Origin: Alphaproteobacteria bacterium
GTDB lineage: Bacteria > Pseudomonadota > Alphaproteobacteria > SP197
Assembly (NCBI GenBank): GCA_964291415.2
Contig: OZ219918.1
Coordinates: 1,056,001-1,120,000 of the forward strand
Length of the DNA stretch: 64,000 nucleotides
Direction of reading: 5' to 3'
How positions within the stretch are numbered: position 1 is the stretch's first letter; the number at the start of each line of letters is the position of its first letter. The notes below the pieces were generated by a model. It was not told the origin of the DNA, ran no database searches, and saw only the letters and a program-made list of their open reading frames with translations. A program made the translations under genes and the position numbers. Below are positions 41,616-49,525 of this stretch, piece by piece.

Positions 41616-42253
41616 CACCTCCCTTCTACCCGGGGCTCGCTGCGGCCGACCGGGATGACCGGCTCCATGCACCGGCGGCAGATCGCAACTGCGAGCCCAT
41701 TCTCGACGTTCTTGAGCGCTACTGCGGCAGCGGCACCAGGGTGCTGGAAATCGCCAGCGGCCCGGGTCAGCACGTCGCCCGTTTCGCCGTCTCCCTTCCT
41801 GACGTCCACTGGCAACCCAGCGATCCGGACGAACGCATGCGGGCAAGCGAATCAGCCTGGACCGGATCGCTGCCCAACGTCGCGTCTCCCCTTGCCCTCG
41901 ATGTTCTCGATGAGGCGTGGTGGGAACGGCTCGACGGGCAGTTCGGGCTCGTCCTTTGCATCAACATGCTCCACTGCACGGAACGCAACACGGTGGAGGG
42001 GCTCGCTGCCGGCGCCGGGCGCCTGCTCCCGTCCGGCGCCCATCTTCTCGTTTATGGTCCCTTCACGTTCAATGGCGAGTTTGGCGCCAGGAGCAACAGA
42101 AACTTCGATGCCATGCTGCGCCAGCAGCATCCAGGGTGGGGACTGCGCGATGTCAACGACATTGCGGCGACGGCGCACGATCACGGTCTCGAACTGGAGC
42201 GCGTTGTCGCGATGCCGTCGAACAACCACATGCTGATCCTCTCGCGCCGCTGA
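41612..42253 (+). CDS. DUF938 family SAM-dependent methyltransferase
   Basis: APAADRN..PIL, VLEIASG.GQH, WQPSD, INMLH, YGPF, WGLRD, MPSNN. Confidence 0.9.
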   Translation: MTPPFYPGLAAADRDDRLHAPAADRNCEPILDVLERYCGSGTRVLEIASGPGQHVARFAVSLPDVHWQPSDPDERMRASESAWTGSLPNVASPLALDVLDEAWWERLDGQFGLVLCINMLHCTERNTVEGLAAGAGRLLPSGAHLLVYGPFTFNGEFGARSNRNFDAMLRQQHPGWGLRDVNDIAATAHDHGLELERVVAMPSNNHMLILSRR

Positions 42254-42346
42254 ACCAGCGGGCGCGACGATCCGGAATGACGCCTGATGACAGGCCCGGA
42301 CGCGAGGTTATGATGGTTTGGCAGGGTTGAGGCCGGATTGGAGCAC

Positions 42347-43549
42347 ATGGCGGGACTTGGACGGTTCTTTCCCGATGCGGAGTACCAGGCGCGATGGCGG
42401 GAGGTCGAAGGTGAGATGGCCCGGCGCGGTCTGGAGACAGCGGTTGTCTTCGGGCGCTCCGGCGGGACCAACGACCGTTGCGGCGACGTCCTCTGGCTCA
42501 CCAACTTCTTCTCGACGGCGTCAGGCCAGGGATATGACTCCTTCCTGTTCGAGGGGCGCTCGTTCAATGCGGTGCTGCTGCGCCGCGGCGAGGAACCCGA
42601 ACTCCACGCCGATGAACCGGGACTGCGGCGCGAACTCATTGCAACGCCGAGGATCCTGTCGTCCAACACGCCGTTTCGCAGTGTTGCCGAGGCGCTGGTC
42701 GAAGGCGGTGTGACGGGCCCGGTGGGTCTTGTCGGCAGCGACGTCATCCCCTTGCGCTACTGGAACGTCATGTGCCAGTGCGCGCCGGACATCGAGTGGG
42801 TCATCGAGGATGATCTCGTGCTTGAGTGCAGGCGCATCAAGTCCTCCCTCGAACAGGACGCCCTGCGTATCGCCGGCGCGACGGCGAGCCGGGCGCTGAC
42901 CCGGTTCGTCGAAGGGCTGATCATGGGGCGGCCGGAGGCCGAGGCCGCATCGGAGGCGGCGCGCGAGGTGGTGCGCTCGGGCGGCACGATTCACATGCTG
43001 CCCTGTTGCCACGGCGACCTCATCAACCAGTTCGTCGCCAATCCGATCGCCGCCTACACCTTCGAGGCGCCCCGGGAGGGTGATCTGGTGCGCGCCTGGG
43101 TCTATGGCCCGATGTTCGAGGGCTACTACCAGGATCCGGGGCGCACCACGGTCTGTGGCAGGAAACCGCGATCGTCTGAGCAGAAGGACATGGTCGAAAC
43201 CGGCGCCAGGATTGTCGAGGCGGTCATCGAGCAGATTCGCCCGGGCGCCCGGGTGAAGGATGTGGCCCGCCACGGACTGCAGCTGTCACGGCAATACGGC
43301 GCTCAATCCAACCAGATGGCGGAGAAGTGGCCGCACTTCGGACACGGTCTCGGCCTCTTCTTCGAGAAGCCCTACATCGGCGTCGACATGTGCGAAGACG
43401 ACGACGTCTTCGAGGAGGGGATGGCGATCGGCGTCGAGGCCTTTTTCGGCCTTCCGGGTCTCGGAAGTGCGGGTTTCGAGCAGAACATGCTGGTCACCGA
43501 AAGAGGAGTCGAGCTCCTCTCGACTCTGCCCATGATCTGGTGGGATTGA
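42347..43549 (+). CDS. M24 family (Xaa-Pro peptidase fold) protein
   Basis: R.IKS..E, DPGRT, HGLGL, GVEA, GFEQN; GGAG RBS. Confidence 0.82.
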   Translation: MAGLGRFFPDAEYQARWREVEGEMARRGLETAVVFGRSGGTNDRCGDVLWLTNFFSTASGQGYDSFLFEGRSFNAVLLRRGEEPELHADEPGLRRELIATPRILSSNTPFRSVAEALVEGGVTGPVGLVGSDVIPLRYWNVMCQCAPDIEWVIEDDLVLECRRIKSSLEQDALRIAGATASRALTRFVEGLIMGRPEAEAASEAAREVVRSGGTIHMLPCCHGDLINQFVANPIAAYTFEAPREGDLVRAWVYGPMFEGYYQDPGRTTVCGRKPRSSEQKDMVETGARIVEAVIEQIRPGARVKDVARHGLQLSRQYGAQSNQMAEKWPHFGHGLGLFFEKPYIGVDMCEDDDVFEEGMAIGVEAFFGLPGLGSAGFEQNMLVTERGVELLSTLPMIWWD

Positions 43550-43559
43550 ACCGCCTGCG

Positions 43560-44591
43560 TCACGATTCCTCACCGACATCGCGCCGCACGAGATCCTGAA
43601 AGGCGGCGGTATGGCATTCCATGACGGGGGAGAGAACACCGCTTTCCAATACTTGGGCCTCCAGATTGCGCTGGACCGATTCGCAGATGGCGAGGTCCTC
43701 CTCGACGATGGTCCTCGCCCAGGCGAAGCTGTCTGCGGCGTCGCCTTCGTTCATGGAAGGCTCGTACCATGCCCAGCTGATGGAACGCAGACTGCAAGGA
43801 CCTGTCGGTTCGATCCGCTCGGCCTTGAATCCGGTGGCGCCCAGGACGCCCTGGAAACCGGGATAGCGCCAGAACCAGATACCCTCTCCGCCACGCAGGC
43901 CGGCACCGTCCCCGCGGTAGGTGACGTGGAAGACGACAAGGCGGTGATCATCGTAGCTGCGGATGTTGACCTTCTGGGTTTCGAGTGATTGCGCGAGACG
44001 TTCGTGAATGAAGGGCAGGTGGTAACCCTCCAGAGTATTGTCGCAGTAGGTCTTCCAGTTGGCGTGGCCCTCCACAGTGAAATCTCCGTGGTAGGCGAAG
44101 GCGGTCGTTTCCGGCCATGGTTCCGCAAGGGAAGGAAGGGAGCCCAGCCAGGTGCGGAGCGGGGGCGTGGCCGCATCGATGGCGATGAAGACACATCCGC
44201 GCCAGGTCGCCACGCGGACCGGCCGCAGGGCCATCGCATCCCCGTCCAGGTCTTCACCAAACCGTGGCGCCAGGGCGAGAGTGCCGTCGAGTTCATAGGT
44301 CCAGCCGTGGTAGGGACAGACAAGCCGTGCCGGACAGGAACCGGTGCCGTCAGGCAACAGGGAGGCGCCACGGTGACGACAGTGGTTGTGGAAGGCGCGC
44401 AGGTCTCCGCCGCGGTCTTTCAGCACGACGATGGGCCAGCCGTTCACCGTCCGCGCCGCCCAGGTTCCCGGACGCGCCACCTCGTGTTCGGGTCCGAAGA
44501 CAGCCCAGTTGCGGGCAAAGATGGTCTCGCGTTCCCGGAGCGCCGTCGCCGGTGACGTGTACCAGGAGGCGGGAAGCGTAGGCTTCGCCAT
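43560..44591 (-). CDS. Rieske oxygenase alpha subunit (choline monooxygenase-like), motifs intact
   Basis: TLPASWY, CRH...CPYH, NWK...DNTLEGYHLPFIH, EDLAICE. Confidence 0.9.
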   Translation of the reverse strand: MAKPTLPASWYTSPATALRERETIFARNWAVFGPEHEVARPGTWAARTVNGWPIVVLKDRGGDLRAFHNHCRHRGASLLPDGTGSCPARLVCPYHGWTYELDGTLALAPRFGEDLDGDAMALRPVRVATWRGCVFIAIDAATPPLRTWLGSLPSLAEPWPETTAFAYHGDFTVEGHANWKTYCDNTLEGYHLPFIHERLAQSLETQKVNIRSYDDHRLVVFHVTYRGDGAGLRGGEGIWFWRYPGFQGVLGATGFKAERIEPTGPCSLRSISWAWYEPSMNEGDAADSFAWARTIVEEDLAICESVQRNLEAQVLESGVLSPVMECHTAAFQDLVRRDVGEES

Positions 44592-44596
44592 GATGT

Positions 44597-45394
44597 TCAG
44601 TCTCCGTGGGTGGTGGCGCGGGCGTCCCGGCAGGCGGCGCCGAAGGCGTCGAACAGCGCGTGATCGTAGTCCCGCTCCCGAAACCGCCACTCGGGGTGCC
44701 ACTGCACGCCCAGCTGCATGACCGGCGCGCGTCGCACGCTCACGGCCTCGATCAGTCCATCCGGTGCCGTTGCCTCGACGGCGAGATCGGCCGCCAGACG
44801 TTCGATGCCCTGACCGTGCACCGAGTTGACGCGATAGCGTTCGAGTCCGGTGATGGTGTGCAGCGTACCGCCGGCAACGACATCGATGTCGTGCAGAAGC
44901 TGGTACTGTTCGTCGCGCGGCTTCGACTTGCCAACCCGGTGCGCCATCAGTCCGTCGACCTCGTCCAGCACCATGTGGAGAGTGCCACCGAGTGCCACGT
45001 TGAGTTCCTGGATACCGCGGCAGACAGCCAGCATCGGAACCTGGCGCTCGATGACGCGACGGATGAGCGGCAGTGCCAGCGTGTCGCGCTGTCGATCCAG
45101 CATGGTGAATTCCCTCGGTTCCCCGTCGCCGTAGTTGTGCGGGTGAACGTCGCTCGGACTGCCCGGAAGGAAGATGCCGTCGACCCGGTCGAGCAGGTCA
45201 TCGATGGCGTAGATGTCTTCCAGAGGCTCAAGGTCGCCGCCCCTGCCGAAGCAGGGAATCAGCATCGGCACCGCCCCGGCGCCGTGGGCAACCGCATCGA
45301 TGTACTTCTCGCCTACCGCATGAAACGGATGGATGTCGATCATGCGCACGTCACAGGGAATGCCGACGACGGGCAGGGGGCCCTTGTCCACCAT
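44597..45394 (-). CDS. puuD: gamma-glutamyl-gamma-aminobutyrate hydrolase (peptidase C26)
   Basis: GSPSDVHP, AVCRGIQE, VNSVHGQ, GVQWHPE. Confidence 0.88.
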   Translation of the reverse strand: MVDKGPLPVVGIPCDVRMIDIHPFHAVGEKYIDAVAHGAGAVPMLIPCFGRGGDLEPLEDIYAIDDLLDRVDGIFLPGSPSDVHPHNYGDGEPREFTMLDRQRDTLALPLIRRVIERQVPMLAVCRGIQELNVALGGTLHMVLDEVDGLMAHRVGKSKPRDEQYQLLHDIDVVAGGTLHTITGLERYRVNSVHGQGIERLAADLAVEATAPDGLIEAVSVRRAPVMQLGVQWHPEWRFRERDYDHALFDAFGAACRDARATTHGD

Positions 45395-45470
45395 GGAGGA
45401 TCACCTTGCTGCATCGCAAACGGCGCCACCCTATCAGGGGATCATGGTCACCGGAACCGGATCAGACGAT

Positions 45471-46811
45471 TCACGGTGCCGGCGCGACGTCTCGGACAAG
45501 GCCGGGGTAGTGACGCCACAGGGCGAGGGCCCGGACAGCGAACAGGAGGGCGAGGCCCAGCCACAGGCCATCGTTGCCGAACTCCGCATGGAGCAGGTAG
45601 ATCGCCGGCACGTAGATGACAACCGCGAGCACCATCGCGTTCCTGATATCGCGGCCCCGCGCGGCGCCCGTGAAGATGCCGTCAAGCTGGAAGGACCACA
45701 CCCCGATGACGGGCATGAGAATCGCATAGTGCACGTGGGCGAGGGCCTCGGCCCTCACCTCCGGAATGTCGGTCAAGACAAGGATCAGGAGGTCTCCGCC
45801 AAGGGCATATCCGAGGCATACCACCACCGCCGTGAGCCCCGACCACAGGAAGGTCACCCTCACGGCCTGCCTGAGCATCCAGGGATCCCTGCGGCCGCAG
45901 GCTTCGCCGACGATGGCCTCGCAGGCATTTGCGAAGCCGTCCAGGGCAAAGGCAGCGAAGGTGAGGAACATCATGAGAACCTCGTTGGCTGCCAGGGTGG
46001 TGTCGTCGATCCGCGCCGAGAGGCTGATGAAGACGCCAAAGGCGACGTTGAGAAGGAGTGTGCGGATCAGGAGATCCCGGTTGAGCGCCAGCAGCGGCCA
46101 GTAGGGCTTCACGATCCGGGCGGCGCCGAAGGGCCAGGGTCCCCGCCCTTCCGGCAGGGCGCGAACGAGTGCAACAAGACCTGTTGCGAGGCCCGTCCCC
46201 TCGGCAATGGCGGTGGCGGCCGCCAGGCCCTCCACTCCCCAGCCGAGGACAGGAACGAAGAGGATGTCGAGACCCACGTTGAGCGTTGCAATGACGGCCT
46301 GCACAACCAGCGCCAGTCCCGTTCTCTGGAGCCCGATCAGCGCACCTGCGATGATGAAGTTGCCCATCACGGCGGGCGCTGCCCAGATCCGCACATCGAA
46401 GTAGAGTGCCGCCTGGTGCGACACCAGGGGCCCGGCCTCGACAAGATCCAGCGCCAGCTCGCGCAGGGGATTCTGGAGGACGATCAGGGCGAAGGCGATC
46501 ACCAGGGCGATCACTGCGGCCCGGATGACGATTGCCTTCAGTTCCTCGCGGTCGCCGCGCCCGAAAGCCTGGGCGATGTATCCCGTGGTCGACAGGCGCA
46601 GGAATCCGAATGTCCAGAAGGTAAAGCTGAAGATGAGGGCAGCCACCCCCACGCCGCCAAGGTACTCAGGTCCCGGCAGGTGTCCGGCCAGGGCGGTGTC
46701 CACCATGCCGACCACAGGCAGGGAGAGATTCGACACCATGATGGGTGCGGCTGTCTTCCAGATGCGCCGGTGCCATTCCCTCCTGACCGCCGCACCGGAA
46801 GGCGTCGTCAA
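45471..46811 (-). CDS. MATE efflux transporter, DinF-like
   Basis: P..VSN...P..GMVDTA..GHL, FGFLRLSTTG, LDGFA, DGIF.GA. Confidence 0.88.
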   Translation of the reverse strand: MTTPSGAAVRREWHRRIWKTAAPIMVSNLSLPVVGMVDTALAGHLPGPEYLGGVGVAALIFSFTFWTFGFLRLSTTGYIAQAFGRGDREELKAIVIRAAVIALVIAFALIVLQNPLRELALDLVEAGPLVSHQAALYFDVRIWAAPAVMGNFIIAGALIGLQRTGLALVVQAVIATLNVGLDILFVPVLGWGVEGLAAATAIAEGTGLATGLVALVRALPEGRGPWPFGAARIVKPYWPLLALNRDLLIRTLLLNVAFGVFISLSARIDDTTLAANEVLMMFLTFAAFALDGFANACEAIVGEACGRRDPWMLRQAVRVTFLWSGLTAVVVCLGYALGGDLLILVLTDIPEVRAEALAHVHYAILMPVIGVWSFQLDGIFTGAARGRDIRNAMVLAVVIYVPAIYLLHAEFGNDGLWLGLALLFAVRALALWRHYPGLVRDVAPAP

Positions 46812-49525
46812 TGCATCGTCGCCGGTACCGGTTCACCCGCCTCGATGGTGCGGATCAGGTGCTGCCGCAGACTGTCGAGCCCCGCCTCGGAGGTGATCTT
46901 TCCACCATCGCCGTCGCACAGGTAGAAGGCGTCGACCGCCCGTTCTCCGAATGTGGCGACACGAGCGGTGACAATCGACAGGTGGAGTTCGGCCAACGCG
47001 TGGGCGAGGTCCGAGAGCAGGCCCCGCCTGTCGCGCGCCGTGATCTCGACAAACGTGTGGCGGGTTGAGACCCTGTTGTCGACCAGCACACGCGGCAGGA
47101 CGGCAAGAACCGGACCGTTGTGCCAACCCTTGCGGCGGCGGTTGATTTCGTTGGCGAGATCGAGGTCCCCGGTGAGCGTGCGCCGGATGGTGTCACGCAG
47201 GCGCTCCAGCCGTCTTCTGTCCCTGAATGCCGACTGGTGTTCGTCCTGGACCCGGAATGCATCGAGCGCCATGCCGTCAAGGGTGGTGAAGATGCGGGCA
47301 TCGACGATGCTGGCGCCGGCCACTGCGATGGCGCCGGCGATTTCTGCGAACAACCCGGGGCGGTCGGGTGCAAAGACGGTCACCTCCGTAATGTCCCGGG
47401 TATCGTCAATCTCGGTGGCTACGGTCACCTCACCGTTGGGGCCGTGGCGCATCAGTTCGGCGTGGCGCACGTGGGCGGCGCTGTCGAAGGCCAGCCAGTA
47501 GGGTGTGACGAGACGCGCGACGTGGTTGTCAATCGTGGCGGGTTGCCAGTCCTCGAGCGCCTCCCTGAGACGGTCGATGCGCGCCTCGACCCGAGCCTGC
47601 TTGGCAATGGCGGCACCATGTCCGCCGGAGATCACTTCCTCGGCCCGGTAGTAGAGTTCCCTCAGGAGGTCACCCTTCCAGTTGTTCCACACCCGTGGTC
47701 CGACGGCCCGGATATCGGCGACGGTGAGGACAAGCAGCAGCCGCAGGCGCTCGATCGACTGGACGGTCCAGGCGAAGTCGTCAATCGTGCGCGGCTCGTC
47801 AAGATCACGGCGAAAGGCCGTGTTGGACATGATCAGGTGATAGCGCACCAGCCAGGATACGGTTTCGGTTTCCTCGGCGCTGAAACCGAGTCGTGGCGCC
47901 AGGCGGTCGGCGACACCGGCCCCCAGAACGGAATGATCTCCCCCGCGCCCCTTGGCGATGTCATGGAGCAGAACGGCAAGGTAGAGGACGCGGCGCTGCA
48001 GGATCAGCGGAAAGACCTCGGTGGCCAGGGGCAGTTCGTCGGCGATCTCGCCACGCTCGATGGCGGCGAGGATTCCAACGGCCATGATGGAGTGCTCATC
48101 GACGGTGTAGACGTGATACATGTCGTGTTGCATCTGCGCGACGACCCGTCCGAAGTCCGGCAGAAAACGGCCCATCACGCCAGCCTCGTTCATCGCCTGG
48201 AGTGTTCCGAGGGGATCCTCCCTGGCGGTCAGGATGTCCATGAACTGGCTGTTGGCATGGGCGTCATGACGCAGCCTGTCGTCGATCCTTGCGAGACTCT
48301 GGGTCATCAGCCACAGGGCCCGGGGATGGATGTCGACACGCCGGTCCTGCGAGACGTGGAACATGCGCACGAGATCGCCGGGCGACTCCTCGAAATGCCC
48401 GCGGTCGCGAATCGAGATCATGCCGCCGGAGACGGGAAATCCGTCGATTTCCGCGGCATCCGACACGTACCTGGATCGCGGCTGGCCGCCATGCTGTTCG
48501 GCGATGACGGCGGCAAAGATGCGAGACAGTCCGCCGACGTCCCGGGTGGCAAGGAAGTAGCGTTTCATGAAACGTTCGACAGCCCGCTGGTTTCGCGTAT
48601 CGGAAAAGCCCATGCGGCGGGCGATGTCCGTCTGCAGGTCGAATGTCAGGCGCTCCTCGGCCCGGCCCGACAGGAAATGCAGGTGGCATCTGACCCGGTT
48701 GAGAAAATCCGCCGCCCGGCGGAACCTCGAGAGTTCGGCGCGGCTCAGCACTCCGCGCGGCACCAGATCCTCGATGCCGGCAATCGGATAGAGATACCTG
48801 GCGATCCACACGAGGACATGGAGATCTCTCAGTCCGCCCTTTCCTTCCTTGACATCGGGTTCCAGGACATAGCGCGAGTCGCCGGTCTTGAGATGTCGCC
48901 GGTCTCTTTCCTCGAGTTTGGCACGCACGAAGGTCGCGTCACTACCGGTCACCACGAACCTGTGGAAGCGGCGGCGGAATGTTCTGAAGAGGCTCCGGTC
49001 TCCGGCAAGCAGACGCGCCTCCAGGACCGCGGTACGGATGGTCATGTCGTCGCGGGCACCGTCGATGGCTTCGTCGAGGGTGCGCGTGGCGTGACCGACC
49101 TTGAGACCAAGGTCCCACAGGCAATAGAGGACGCGGCTGATGGCCGCTTCCTGGCGCTTTGTGACCGGGCCGGCGAGCAAGAAGAGGAGATCGAGATCGG
49201 AATGCGGCGCGAGTTCACCACGTCCATAGCCACCGACGGCGACAAGGGCCATGCGGTCATGACCGCCGCCGCTCTCTCCTTTCAGGACGTGGGCAAACAG
49301 TTCCTTCAGCACCGTGTCGACAAGCCGGCTCATTGAGGTGACAAGCGCGATCCCGGATGCGCCGTTGTCGAGGTGTTGGCGCAGCCGCGCCAGACCATCG
49401 TCGAGCACACGGCGCAGCACCCCTTCGAGACCCTTGTTCGTGGCGGGCAGGCTGGCGAGCGCGCGCCGCAGGTGCTGCCGGTTTGCAAGGCTGCCAGGTA
49501 CGGGACTCCTCCCGGGATCAGTCAT
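46808..49525 (-). CDS. glnD: [protein-PII] uridylyltransferase / uridylyl-removing enzyme
   Basis: VAVGGYGRGELAPHSDLD, KEGKGGLRD, YHVYTVDEH, LLHDIAKG, two ACT domains. Confidence 0.96.
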   Translation of the reverse strand: MTDPGRSPVPGSLANRQHLRRALASLPATNKGLEGVLRRVLDDGLARLRQHLDNGASGIALVTSMSRLVDTVLKELFAHVLKGESGGGHDRMALVAVGGYGRGELAPHSDLDLLFLLAGPVTKRQEAAISRVLYCLWDLGLKVGHATRTLDEAIDGARDDMTIRTAVLEARLLAGDRSLFRTFRRRFHRFVVTGSDATFVRAKLEERDRRHLKTGDSRYVLEPDVKEGKGGLRDLHVLVWIARYLYPIAGIEDLVPRGVLSRAELSRFRRAADFLNRVRCHLHFLSGRAEERLTFDLQTDIARRMGFSDTRNQRAVERFMKRYFLATRDVGGLSRIFAAVIAEQHGGQPRSRYVSDAAEIDGFPVSGGMISIRDRGHFEESPGDLVRMFHVSQDRRVDIHPRALWLMTQSLARIDDRLRHDAHANSQFMDILTAREDPLGTLQAMNEAGVMGRFLPDFGRVVAQMQHDMYHVYTVDEHSIMAVGILAAIERGEIADELPLATEVFPLILQRRVLYLAVLLHDIAKGRGGDHSVLGAGVADRLAPRLGFSAEETETVSWLVRYHLIMSNTAFRRDLDEPRTIDDFAWTVQSIERLRLLLVLTVADIRAVGPRVWNNWKGDLLRELYYRAEEVISGGHGAAIAKQARVEARIDRLREALEDWQPATIDNHVARLVTPYWLAFDSAAHVRHAELMRHGPNGEVTVATEIDDTRDITEVTVFAPDRPGLFAEIAGAIAVAGASIVDARIFTTLDGMALDAFRVQDEHQSAFRDRRRLERLRDTIRRTLTGDLDLANEINRRRKGWHNGPVLAVLPRVLVDNRVSTRHTFVEITARDRRGLLSDLAHALAELHLSIVTARVATFGERAVDAFYLCDGDGGKITSEAGLDSLRQHLIRTIEAGEPVPATMH

